64,000 nt of DNA from NCBI GenBank assembly GCA_963849325.1, contig CAWKHF010000005.1:160001-224000 (forward strand). The letters run 5' to 3'. The notes under the pieces were generated by a model. That model made no database searches, was not told the origin of the DNA, and was given only the letters and a program-made list of their open reading frames with translations. The stretch's first letter is position 1; the number at the start of each line of letters is the position of its first letter. The DNA is from an uncultured Planctomycetota bacterium (GTDB lineage Bacteria; Planctomycetota; Planctomycetia; Gemmatales; Gemmataceae). The translations under genes and the position numbers were made by a program. Shown here in pieces: positions 13,398 through 23,396 of this stretch.

Positions 13398-13477
13398 ACA
13401 TCGTCCCCCTGTTCGCCGCGGTCGTTCCATCGCCTTATTCGCCGCGCGGCCCGCGCATTCATTGCCGCAAAAGATCA

Positions 13478-14843
13478 TTACCCCAAACGACTGCCCACCG
13501 GTTCAAGAGCGAACGAAATATTTTCGCCGCTGACGGTGGCGTGCGGATCGCCGAGCAACAGGCGCTCGCCGCTGGTCTGGCCGTTGATGCACAGTTTGCC
13601 GGCGTAGCGGATGCCGAGCGCGTCCTTCTGACGGAACAGCACCAACGGCTGTTTCAGGTCCGGCAACGGTCACGTGCGCCTGCGGGCCGTCGGCCGAGGA
13701 CCAGCGTGTCGGCCATCAGCAGAATGGCGTCCACCGACAGCGGCAAACGGTGGCCGCTCACCAGGTCCAGCCGGGCCGTGGTGCTGATCGGCACCGGCAG
13801 ACGGAACTGGAACTGGCACGAGGCGCCCAGCGTCACGCGGTCGCCGGTTTGCAGCAGCGTCCGCGTCAGGTTCTGCCCGTTCACCTGGATCGGCCGAACC
13901 GCCTCCAGGACGTACCCTTCGGCGTCGCGCGTCAGGCTGGCGTGCAGGCGCGACACGTCGGCCACCAGCGGCACATCGACGTGGGCGTCGAGGATGGCCT
14001 GGCCGAAGGTCAGGCGCGATCCCAGGCAAACCAGGTAACCTCCGACGCCGTCGATCCACAACAAAAATCGCGTCGGCAGACCGTCGCCAGCGGCGGCCTC
14101 GCTCTTCGGTCGGGACGGCGGGGCTGGGCATGGCGACCGTCACCGGCTCGATGGCCTTCCAGGCTCGCGACCGCGCCTTGCGCGCCTCGGCGTGGTGCGG
14201 AGCGAGCGGCCAGCACCTGCTCGGCCAGTTCGACCACTTCGCGCCAGCGGCCAGCATCGGCGGCTTCGTGCAGACGGACGAGCAGGCCAGCGAAGCGATC
14301 GCGGTGCTTCTCCAGATCGACGGCGAACTGCTCCAGCACGGCCGGCCGATTGTGCAGCCGACGACGGACGCGCTCGATGGCGTCCAGGGCCAGGGCGAAC
14401 TCGCCGCGCTCGGCCAACTCGCAGGCCTGCAACCAATCGCGCGTCGCCTCCTCCAGCACCTGCAGCTCCGCCGAACGCACCCGGCGCTCGCGCAGACGGG
14501 CGACGGCCTCGTCGGCCCGCCGTGTCTCGCCGGCGTGCAGCAGCGCCCGCACCTCGGCGAGTCCCAGCCGCGTCAAGGTTTGGCGCAGGCGCTCGACGCC
14601 CTTTTCCGCCGTTTGCAGCTGCTCGGCCAGGATCAAGTCGCGCCAGGCGCCCTCGGCGTCATCGAGTTGGAGCTGGCGTTCGCCGTGCTCGACGTACTGG
14701 CGGGCGAGCTGGGCGAGAAGTCCACCGACGGCGCGATGATCGCGGAGGACGGGCTGGGTCAGCAGACGATGGGCCTCTTCTCGGCGCCCTTGCTTGAGGG
14801 CTTCGCGCGCCTGCCGGATTGCCAGCCATGCCAAGCCGAACAT
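13478..14843 (-). CDS. Helical-repeat + FHA domain protein (frameshifted)
   Basis: Helical N-terminus (14010-14843), then [11 protein letters not shown]...ADVSRLHA...VNG...[10 protein letters not shown] (FHA), continuing to 13478. Confidence 0.8.
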
Positions 14844-14951
14844 TTTTCGCTGTTGATCTCGATCCCAAGAGCGGAGGGCGCCCGCCTCCGGACAGACGGA
14901 CTGCCGCAGGGCGGACGCCCTCCGCTCGGGGTTCAGGTTTCAAAACTTCCT

Positions 14952-15009
14952 GAGCGGGAGGCGTCAGCCCCCTGAGTGCTACATCTCAGGGGGCTGACGC
15001 CCCCCGCTC
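14952..15009. repeat. Family-E REP-like palindrome
   Basis: gagcgggaggcgtcagccccctgag...ctcagggggctgacgc...ccgctc. Confidence 0.8.
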
Positions 15010-15014
15010 CGTTC

Positions 15015-15860
15015 TTACCTGTTGTTCGTATTCTGGTCGATGGCGTCGTTCTTGTCGAGCGTCACCTTGTCGGCCCCGTCGTCTTCCTGCAGGGCGGCGC
15101 GGGCGGCCTTGAGCACTTCCTCGCGGCTCTTGCCCGGCTCGACGACCGGAGCCGCATCCGTGTAGCCGTTCTCCTGGAGCATCCGAGCTTCCGTGTCCGC
15201 CGTCTTCAGGCGCGTCTCAATGTCGCGGGCCAGCTCGCGGCAGCGCTTGACGGCGCTCTCATCGAAATCGACGGCCACCTGGCTCTGCATCTGGTTGAGC
15301 TTCACCATCTCCAGATGGTTCGCCAGCTTGGCGGCGACGAGATGGAGTTTTTCCTTCTCGTTCCTCATCTTGGTGTTGCGGTCCTGGGCCGTCTCGAAGG
15401 TCCGCTTCTTGGCCACCAGGAACTGTTCCTGCGACTTGATGTTTTCCTTGAGCGTGGTGAATTCGGTGACGGCCATGTCGAGGCGGCGCGTCAACTCCGA
15501 GGGCCGATAGCTTTGCCCGCGGAAGACGACCTTCTCGGTACGTCCTTCCAGGCCTTTCTGCAGATCGTTGATCTCGGCCCGCAGCTTGGCCTGGTGCGTC
15601 CGCTTGGCGTTCAGCTCGAACGTCCAGGTCATTGATCTCGACTTCCATCCGGGCCAGGCGGCTGATGTTCTTCTTGATGTCCCGGTCGATGTTGTCGATC
15701 TCGGCGTTGAGCTGCTTGAGCTGGACTTCCGGCGGGACCATGTCTGCGCCGAATGGCAGCAGTCTCCGAACCAGACCATCGGCGAGATCTTGGTGACCTT
15801 GCCGAGGACCACCAGACCGGCGACGACGGCGACCGTCGCAATGAGGATCTTCTTGAGCAT
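15015..15860 (-). CDS. Membrane-anchored long coiled-coil protein (PspA/IM30-like; frameshifted)
   Basis: MLKKILIATVAVVAGLVVLG anchor, VPPEVQLKQLNAEIDNIDRDI, then heptad-rich helices to the end. Confidence 0.7.
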   Translation of the reverse strand: MLKKILIATVAVVAGLVVLGKVTKISPMVWFGDCCHSAQTWSRRKSSSSSSTPRSTTSTGTSRRTSAAWPGWKSRSMTWTFELNAKRTHQAKLRAEINDLQKGLEGRTEKVVFRGQSYRPSELTRRLDMAVTEFTTLKENIKSQEQFLVAKKRTFETAQDRNTKMRNEKEKLHLVAAKLANHLEMVKLNQMQSQVAVDFDESAVKRCRELARDIETRLKTADTEARMLQENGYTDAAPVVEPGKSREEVLKAARAALQEDDGADKVTLDKNDAIDQNTNNR

Positions 15861-16047
15861 GACGTTGAACCCCTTTCCACGTAGAACGGTGTACACGTGC
15901 GGAGGGAACCAACAAAGTGTACGGTCGGCTCCGCCTACCATTGTATTCGCCGCGTCAACGAATTCATTTAGAAGAAATGGAAAAATTGCTCGGACAGGCA
16001 TCCGCCCTTTTTGCCTGCCGTAGCTGCGGCCAGGGAGGCGGTAGCCT

Positions 16048-16305
16048 CTAGCTGGCGGGGCCATTCGACGAAGACGGCAGCGCGGGGAGTTCTTCGATGC
16101 CGACAATGTGCAGAAGATCGACCTTAATCGTGTAATCGTAGACCGTCTTATTCGGCTTATGGGTCAGGCCGAGCGTGGCCGAGCGTTGACCAACCATGAT
16201 CAGGTCCGGATGGCGAATGTCATAAGTCGCTCCCGTGGTCAAGAGGATGCGGAACGGCTCAAAAGGTTGGTGACGCGCGGTGCGCTGAAGTTCTTCTTGC
16301 GTCAT
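16048..16305 (-). CDS. Small conserved planctomycete protein (PFxPF family), paralog 2
   Basis: MTQEELQRTARHQPFEPFRILLTTGATYDIRHPD...VDLLHIVGIEEL; AGGAGG RBS. Confidence 0.82.
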   Translation of the reverse strand: MTQEELQRTARHQPFEPFRILLTTGATYDIRHPDLIMVGQRSATLGLTHKPNKTVYDYTIKVDLLHIVGIEELPALPSSSNGPAS

Positions 16306-16407
16306 CGGACCTTCCTCCTTATGACGTTCAGTGTACCCCCAAGCTCCCCGCGGAACAAGGGATGGCCTTCGTGCTCGGCGCGGCGAGCTGCACAGGAGAT
16401 TGCCTCG

Positions 16408-18595
16408 ATGTCCAGCATTCTCATCGGTGGGATTTTTTACGAAACCGAAGGCGGGCGCACCGTCCTGCATGCCATGCCGTTGCTGCTGGGCGCCCTGTGC
16501 TGCATCGCCATCGCCTACCGCTATTACAGTGCCTTCCTGGCGGCGAAGGTGGCGGTCCTCGACGACTCCCGGCTGACGCCGGCCCATCGGTTCCAGGACG
16601 GCCAGAACTACCATCCGACCAGCAAATGGGTGCTATTCGGCCATCACTTCGCCGCCATCTCGGGAGCGGGACCGCTTATCGGGCCGGTGCTGGCGATCCA
16701 GTACGGCTACATGCCGGGTCTCTTATGGCTGGTCATCGGTGTCTGTCTCGCCGGAGCGGTGCAGGACATGCTCGTCTTGGCGGCGTCGGTGCGGCGCGGC
16801 GGCAAGTCGCTGGCCGAGATCGCTCGCAGCGAGCTAGGACCGTGGGCCAACCTCGTCGTGTCGGCGGCGATCCTGTTCATCGTCGTCATTGCCCTGGCGG
16901 GACTCGGTGTCGTCGTCGTCAAGGCGCTGGGCGGCGAGGAGGCGGCGCTGCCGGCCGGCATGCGCATTACCTTGCCGGATGGAGGCGTCCTCCAGGAAGA
17001 GACGGAGAATGTCTACAAGTTCCCCGGCGGTTGCACGATTCGCTACGGTCCGGCCGAGCCGCCGCAAATGCGCCGGAAGGCTTCGCGGTTCGAGTCCCGA
17101 TGAGTACGACGCTGGACGCGGACGCCAGCGGCACGGTCGAACTACCGGCCAAGTCCGTGCAGATGGTGCCTGGCTCCTCGTGGGGCGTCTTCACCATCGC
17201 CTGCACCATCCCCATCGCCCTGCTCGTCGGCTGGTACATGTATCGACTGCGGCCAGGCAAGACCGTCGAGGCGTCGCTGATCGGCGCCGCCTTGACCCTG
17301 ACCGCCGTCGTCGTCGGCAACTGGATACCCGGTTCGCCGTGGGAGGGATATTTCTCGCTGGGCAAGGGGCAGACGGTGTTCGCCCTGTGTGCCTACGGTT
17401 TTGTCGCCTCGGTGCTGCCGGTGTGGCTGCTGTTGGCCCCGCGCGATTATCTCTCCAGCTTCCTCAAGCTCGGCACCATCGCCCTGCTCGTCGTCGGCGT
17501 CTTCTGGGCCAACCCGAAATTGCCCAGTCCCGCCTACAACCCCATTTTCGTCAACGGCGGCCCGACCTTCCAGGGCCATTTGTTCCCGTTCGTTTTCATC
17601 TGCATCATGTGCGGGTCCATCTCCGGCTTTCACGCCCTCGTCTCGTCCGGCACGACGCCGAAGATGATCGACAAGGAGAGCCACGTCCGGCCGATCGGTT
17701 ACGGTGCGATGCTGATGGAGGGATTGGTCGGCATCATGGCCCTGATCGCGGCGGCGTCGCTCGATCCGAAGCTCTATTACGACATCAACGTGCCACTGGA
17801 TAAGGCGCAGCAGTGGCAGCAGCCGCTCGACAAGCTGTACGCCGAACTGGGCAACGTCAGCGGCCCGGAGCATCTGAACCTGGCGCAGGTCGAGCAGAAC
17901 GTCGGCGGCGAATCGCTGCGCGGCCGCACCGGCGGCGCCGTCACGCTGGCCGTGGGCATGTCGCACATCTTGACGAAACCGCTCTCGCAACTCGGTCTGC
18001 CGTTCGAGACGCTCATGAAATACTGGTATCACTTCGCCATCATGTTCGAGGCGCTGTTCATCCTGACGACCATCGACGCCGGCACGCGCATCGGCCGCTT
18101 TCTCGTGCAGGAAGCGCTGGGCGCGTCCATCCCAAGTTCGCGCAGACGGACTGGTGGCCGAGCGCCCTGCTGTCCACGTTCCTGGTGACGGCGGGCTGGG
18201 GCGTACTGGTGGCGACCGGCTCGGTGGCGACGATCTGGCCGATGTTCGGCATCGCCAATCAGCTGTTGGCGGTGATCGCGCTGACGCTGGTGACGACGCT
18301 GCTGGTCAACACCGGCCGCGGCCGTTACGCGCCGGTGACGGTGCTGCCGATGCTGTTCGTCATCGCCACGACCATGACGGCCGGCGTGCAGATGTGCAGC
18401 GGCAAGTTCCTCGACCTGATGCGGCAGGGGCAGGTGCTGACGGGGGCGCTGAGCCTGGCCATGACCATCTTCGTGATAACGTGCGTGGCGACGCTGTTGA
18501 TCCTGGCCGTCAGTCGCTGGGTACTGGTGGCGAAGGGACTGGTTGCCGTCAAGGAAGAACAAACCGCCAAGGCGTTATCCGCGCCTGAAGCGTAA
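16408..18595 (+). CDS. cstA: Carbon starvation protein A family peptide/pyruvate transporter (frameshifted)
   Basis: [79 protein letters not shown]. Confidence 0.95.
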
Positions 18596-18627
18596 GCGAA
18601 GAGTATCCCTTCGCTTACGCTTCAGGC
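18582..18627. repeat. REP-like palindrome / bidirectional terminator-like hairpin
   Basis: gcctgaagcgtaagcgaag...cttcgcttacgcttcaggc between convergent genes; contains the cstA stop. Confidence 0.7.
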
Positions 18628-18633
18628 TCGGAC

Positions 18634-19107
18634 TTACTTCGCCTGGCGGAACAGGACGAGGTCGTGACGGCGGATCATGACGCCGGGCTGGGCGTCGTTG
18701 CGCATGCCCATCGTGTAGACGCCGAACTTGCCGGACGTCGTCTCGGCGATGTACAGCGCCGCCTGACCGGCGGCGATCTGGCCGGTGGTCATGAGGAAAT
18801 GCACGTTTTGCCGCGGCGGCAGACCGAACTCCGTCACCAGATCGACCTCGGCCCAACCGACGATCTTGCCGGCGGTGCGGTCGATGACCGTGCCCAGCAG
18901 CTTGCCGGCGCGATAGTCCAGGAGCCAAACGCCGTCGGTCGGCGCCTTGAGGTTGGTGGCCACGGCGCCGGTGCAGAGGATGTAATCCTCAAAGCGGTCG
19001 TTGTTGCCGGCCGCGGCCCGCGGTTGCAGGCCGATACACCAAATCGCTCCGGCCGCTCCCAGCAGCAGACCCAGACCCAATCCCAGCCAGCCGCGCACGT
19101 CTTTCAT
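18634..19107 (-). CDS. Conserved hypothetical exported protein
   Basis: 157 aa with an N-terminal hydrophobic signal; DGVWLLDYRAGKL, LYIAETTSGKFGVY. Confidence 0.75.
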   Translation of the reverse strand: MKDVRGWLGLGLGLLLGAAGAIWCIGLQPRAAAGNNDRFEDYILCTGAVATNLKAPTDGVWLLDYRAGKLLGTVIDRTAGKIVGWAEVDLVTEFGLPPRQNVHFLMTTGQIAAGQAALYIAETTSGKFGVYTMGMRNDAQPGVMIRRHDLVLFRQAK

Positions 19108-19208
19108 GGCCTCGCCTCCTCTCGCTCTCCGCCCTCGACGGGCAACCGCACTATAACAACCTCCGGCTTCCCGGCAACAACAGTATTCTCGTCGAAACGA
19201 GGTTTCCC

Positions 19209-20285
19209 ATGTTCTCGATGTCGCGCATCCTCCGGCATTCGGCCCTCCTGCTGGTGCCGCTCGTCGTCGCGGTTGGCTGCCAGCAACAGGCTCGGCCGCC
19301 GGACTCCGGCGATTACCTGTTCTGCTTCTGGAACGTCGAGAACTTCTTCGACAACAAGGTCAACGGCTGGAACAACGAGCCGGATCGGACGTTCGACCGC
19401 TGGTTCGGCGAGGATCGGGCCGCCTTCGAGCAGAAGGTGAAGAACCTGACGGAAGTGCTGGCCGCCCTCAACGACGGCAAAGGCCCGGACATCCTGGCGC
19501 TGGCCGAGGTCGAGTCCGAATCGGAGGCGGCCCAGGCACTGCTGGAGTCGCTCAACAAGGCCATCAAGCCGGATGCGCCGCCCTATCGACACATCTTGAA
19601 GAAAGACCTGCGCGCTGGCCGCAACATCATTACGGCGATCCTGACGCGCTTGCCGGTCGTCGCGGATCGCACCCAACTACTGGGCAAGAAGCACCGCATC
19701 CTGGAAGGCCACGTCGAGGTGGACAGGCAGGATCTGGCCATCGTGGCGTCGCATTGGACCTCGCGCGTCAGCGACGAGCACGGCGAGGGCCGCGAGAAGT
19801 ATGCCGACCAGATTTACGGCCGCTATCGCGCCCTGTACAAGGCCAACCCCGCCGTATCGCTGCTGATCTGCGGCGACTTCAACGACAACCCCGACGATCC
19901 CAGCGTCCGCGACCACTTGCACGCCACGGGCGCTCTCGATCCGGTCAAGGCGGGCGGCGATCCGCCTCTGCTGTACGACGTGTTCGCCAACCTGTGGGCG
20001 GAGAACAAGGGCGGCAAGTCGGTCGGCACGCACTTCTATCGCGGTCGGGCATTCGTCTTCGATCACCTTGTCGTGTCGCCGGGCATGGTCAACGGCAAGG
20101 GCGGCTGGCAGTGCCAGGTCGAGACGGCGAAGATCGTTACGCACCCGGATCGCTTTGTCGTGCCGCGCGGCCGCAACAAGGGACATCCCCTCGCCTTCGG
20201 CACGGAAAAGGAGAAGGTGCCGCTGAGCGAGCGCGGCGCCAGCGACCACCTGCCGGTGACGGTACGCCTGAAAGTCGCACGGTGA
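19209..20285 (+). CDS. Endonuclease/exonuclease/phosphatase (EEP) family lipoprotein
   Basis: Lipobox AVGC; FWNVENFFD, LALAEVE, SHWTSR, GDFND, FDH, SDHLPV. Confidence 0.9.
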   Translation: MFSMSRILRHSALLLVPLVVAVGCQQQARPPDSGDYLFCFWNVENFFDNKVNGWNNEPDRTFDRWFGEDRAAFEQKVKNLTEVLAALNDGKGPDILALAEVESESEAAQALLESLNKAIKPDAPPYRHILKKDLRAGRNIITAILTRLPVVADRTQLLGKKHRILEGHVEVDRQDLAIVASHWTSRVSDEHGEGREKYADQIYGRYRALYKANPAVSLLICGDFNDNPDDPSVRDHLHATGALDPVKAGGDPPLLYDVFANLWAENKGGKSVGTHFYRGRAFVFDHLVVSPGMVNGKGGWQCQVETAKIVTHPDRFVVPRGRNKGHPLAFGTEKEKVPLSERGASDHLPVTVRLKVAR

Positions 20286-20289
20286 AAAT

Positions 20290-20439
20290 CATTCACCACG
20301 AAAAACACGGAAAACACGCAAAAAAGACAAAAAGAATCTTAAATAGAATACCAAAGCCGCGGGTGTCCCCATGCAAGGGCCATTCTTGTATTTTGTCTTT
20401 GTCTTTTTTCCGTGTTTTCCGTGTTTTCCGTGGTGAATG
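20290..20439. repeat. AT-rich inverted repeat element with 9-mer tandem arms (ACCACGAAAAACACGGAAAACACG / inverse)
   Basis: Left arm 20290-20337 is complementary to right arm 20383-20439. Confidence 0.75.
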
Positions 20440-20445
20440 GTGTTT

Positions 20446-21093
20446 TCACTTCCCGGCGTCGAACTTTTCCAGTTCGATCTCGACGGTAACGTTGCCTTCC
20501 TGGATCACCTGCTTGACCATGCCGACGCCCTCGGCGTAGTAGGTCGTGATGGTCGGCTTGAGTCCGTTGACTTCGAGGTCTTGACTGCTGACGCGGACGG
20601 CCTTGTAGGCGCCGGCCGGCACCTTGACTTCCTGCTCGTCGATCCGGAAGGCGCCGCGGAAGGTCTTGCCGTCGGACTTGGAGTCCACCTTCCAGCCGTC
20701 GCCCTTCTTCGGCGGCAGCTTCAGCACGAGGATCGGTGGTTTCGGTTTGTCCTCGACGGTCTGCTCGACCGCCTGGCCGCCCTTGGGATCGGGCTGGGGG
20801 AGCCGATAGCCCAGGTCATAGCGATACACGCCGTCGGCGGTGGCGGCGAGGTGCTGCCAGGCGATGACCTTGCCGTCGCGCGTCACTTCCAGGCGCGCGC
20901 AGAGTACATCGCCGACCTTCTCGTGCTTGCTGACGCGGATGGTGAACTTGCTCTCGCCAGACCTGTAGTGCCAGGTCGCACCAACCGGGAGCGGATAGTA
21001 AGGCGTCGGGACGATCTTGTCCTGGGCCGGCAGGATGCCGCCGGTGAGGAGCAGTAGAGGACAAAGGAGCAACATCGAGATCAGCCGTTTCAT
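20446..21093 (-). CDS. Exported hypothetical protein (YYPLxxGxxWxY ... YAEGVGMVK type)
   Basis: Signal peptide; YYPLPVGATWHY, VKVPAGAYKAVRV, YYAEGVGMVK. Confidence 0.8.
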   Translation of the reverse strand: MKRLISMLLLCPLLLLTGGILPAQDKIVPTPYYPLPVGATWHYRSGESKFTIRVSKHEKVGDVLCARLEVTRDGKVIAWQHLAATADGVYRYDLGYRLPQPDPKGGQAVEQTVEDKPKPPILVLKLPPKKGDGWKVDSKSDGKTFRGAFRIDEQEVKVPAGAYKAVRVSSQDLEVNGLKPTITTYYAEGVGMVKQVIQEGNVTVEIELEKFDAGK

Positions 21094-21350
21094 GGTCGTA
21101 CTCTCCGTGGATCGAGCGCCTTCGTGAAGGATCATCCTACGCTGCGACGGTGCGACCGAAAAGTTTTGCCATTTCGTGCTTGTCTTGTGGCGATGACCGT
21201 GGTTAAATGCGTATATCCAGCCATTGGATACCCCGCAGGGTGTCGTTGCTCCGACCCCTCCTTCCAGTCCGTCGTTCCAGCCACCCGATGTCATCGCGCG
21301 GGCGGCGGACTCTGCGTCTCACCAACCCCCTTCCGACGGGAGTAACGCGC

Positions 21351-21515
21351 ATGTTCGGTCTTGGCATGGCGGAAATTCTGGTTATCTGCGTCATCGGCTT
21401 GCTGCTGTTCGGCAATCGGCTGCCGGGCCTGGCCCGTTCGCTGGGCAAAACCTTCATGGAGCTGCGCAAGGAAGTGCGCGGCCTCGAAGACGACATCCGC
21501 GGTCCAGCCCATTGA
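21351..21515 (+). CDS. tatA: Twin-arginine translocase TatA/E subunit
   Basis: MFGLGMAEILVICVIGLLLFGNRLPGLARSLGKTFMELRK. Confidence 0.88.
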   Translation: MFGLGMAEILVICVIGLLLFGNRLPGLARSLGKTFMELRKEVRGLEDDIRGPAH

Positions 21516-21679
21516 GCCGGGCGCGTTGGGCGTCCGGGCGAGAGAATCCAGGGCCATGCCGGGATTTCCGCTTGTCCGGGCCGCCGCTGCGTTGCTATAG
21601 TTGGGAGGTGCGGCCCGCTGAGGGGACCAGACCGCGCCTGAAACGACCACGACATCCATCCGCAAAGAGGTTTCCTTCC

Positions 21680-21991
21680 ATGACTGCGTTGTTCGGTCTG
21701 TTCAATCTCGGCGCCCAGGAGATGCTGATCCTACTCATCATCGGCGTTCTGCTGTTCGGGCGGAAGCTGCCGGAGGTGGGCCGTTATCTGGGCAAGGGCA
21801 TCGTCGAATTCAAGAAGGGCATCAAAGGTTTGGAAGACGAATTCGACGCCTCGGCCACGGCGGCGCCGCGTTCGGAGCCGGCGCCCCTGGAGCAGCCGCG
21901 TCCGCCGCAGCGCATCACGACGACGGCGCCGAAGTTCGAGGACAACATCACCACGCCCGCCAACAACCTCACCACGCCGCCGAAGGCGTGA
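21680..21991 (+). CDS. tatA: Twin-arginine translocase TatA/E subunit (second copy)
   Basis: LGAQEMLILLIIGVLLFGRKLPEVGRYLGKGIVEFKKG. Confidence 0.9.
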   Translation: MTALFGLFNLGAQEMLILLIIGVLLFGRKLPEVGRYLGKGIVEFKKGIKGLEDEFDASATAAPRSEPAPLEQPRPPQRITTTAPKFEDNITTPANNLTTPPKA

Positions 21992-22066
21992 GAACGACGA
22001 AATCGAAAGATCGAAAGGAAACAAGTGGCGGAGAACGGTGCTCACGAAAATGCACACTTCGCCCTT

Positions 22067-22140
22067 GGGCGCTTAGCTCAGTTGGTTAGAGCGCATGGAT
22101 CACACCCATGAGGCCGGGGGTTCGAGTCCCTCAGCGCCCA
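22067..22140 (+). tRNA. tRNA-Val (anticodon CAC), CCA not encoded
   Basis: GGGCGCT/AGCGCCC acceptor stem, TAGCTCAGTTGGTTAGAGC D-arm, CATGG-ATCACAC-CCATG anticodon arm, GGTTCGAGTCC T-arm. Confidence 0.93.
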
Positions 22141-22180
22141 TTGCCATCCTTTCGAGGCGAATCGCCTTGCCTCTACACGA

Positions 22181-23361
22181 TCAGTTTTTGTCCTTGTCCC
22201 GCGCCTCGTGTGCGGCCGCCTTCTCGGCAACGTAGGCGAGGATCCATCCCGTCGCCGCGTTGCGCGCGAAGTACAGCTTTTTCTCCCGGTCGAAGTGAAA
22301 CTCCGAAGACAACGCCTGGAGGATCTCGGCGCCGGCCAGCAGTTGACGCGGGTCTTGGTACACCTTTTTGACGCGCTCGATCTCTCCATGAGCCGTCTCG
22401 CGGAGCTTGGCATCTTCAATCGTCGAGAGATCGATCTTCGGAAAAACGTTCGGCGTCCGGAGAAGTAGTTGGCGGTAGGCGGCGATGTCGTCGGCGGTCA
22501 AGGCCACGTAGCTGCGGCGATCGCTCGGCCGAACGAGAGAGGCCATCGCCCAGACGGCGCCGCCGCTGAGATAAACGTGCTTCCGCTGGAGCAACTCCGG
22601 CTTGGCCTCGATGTCCTTCCGCAGAGCGGGGACAAGGATCTCCACGCGAAGAGCAGCGCTGGTCTCCGCGTATTTCCCTTTCTCCGCGCGTTTCTCGACC
22701 AGGTCGGCGAAAGTCACCGAGCCGTAAGGTATGCTCACCGTCGCGTACTCCTTGCCGGACTCGCGGTAGCCGCCCTTGGTGTTGCCGCCGCCGATGTCCA
22801 GCAGCAGGGAGTCGGCCGCGCGCTTGGCGGGGACAATGCCGGCGATGGACAGCTCGATCTCGCGTCGCACGTCAATGAAGCGAATCGGCAAACCACAGGC
22901 TTCTTGCACGGCGGCGGCGAGGGTTCTCTTGTTCGCCTCAATGGCTTCCTTCTTCGCTCCCAGGGCGCTGAAGAGACCGCTACTGCCGACGACGTAGATA
23001 CGGTTGTCGGGAATTTTATGCTCTGTTCGCATCTGCTCGGCGAATTTCGCCACCGCCGCGCTCGTCTCCCGGAGATGCCGGCTTCAAACCGATCGGCGGA
23101 GGCCAGACCCGCCGTCAGGGCGGTGTTCTTGGTGCAGCTCAGGAGGATCTTGGCCTCGTAGCCGTCGGTGCCGTCGGTGACATCGAGAACGGTTGCCTTG
23201 ATGCCTTTGGCGCCAATCTCGATGCCGCCGTGAACTTCGGCGCGGCCTTGCGCGGGCAACCCCAGACCCAGGATCGCCACCAGCAAGATCACGGCGATTC
23301 GTCGCGGCTTAACAATCCGGAAACGACGACAAAAACCAAGCGAAGGAGCCGTCATGGCCAT
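22181..23361 (-). CDS. Exported Ppx/GppA-like (ASKHA fold) phosphatase (frameshift near 23070)
   Basis: Signal-like N-terminus; GGIEIGAKGIK, LLLDIGGGNTKGG, IPYGSVTF, VYLSGGAVWA; GGAGAGG RBS. Confidence 0.75.
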
Positions 23362-23396
23362 AACCTCTCCCTTGATGAAGCCACCGGAATCGACGC

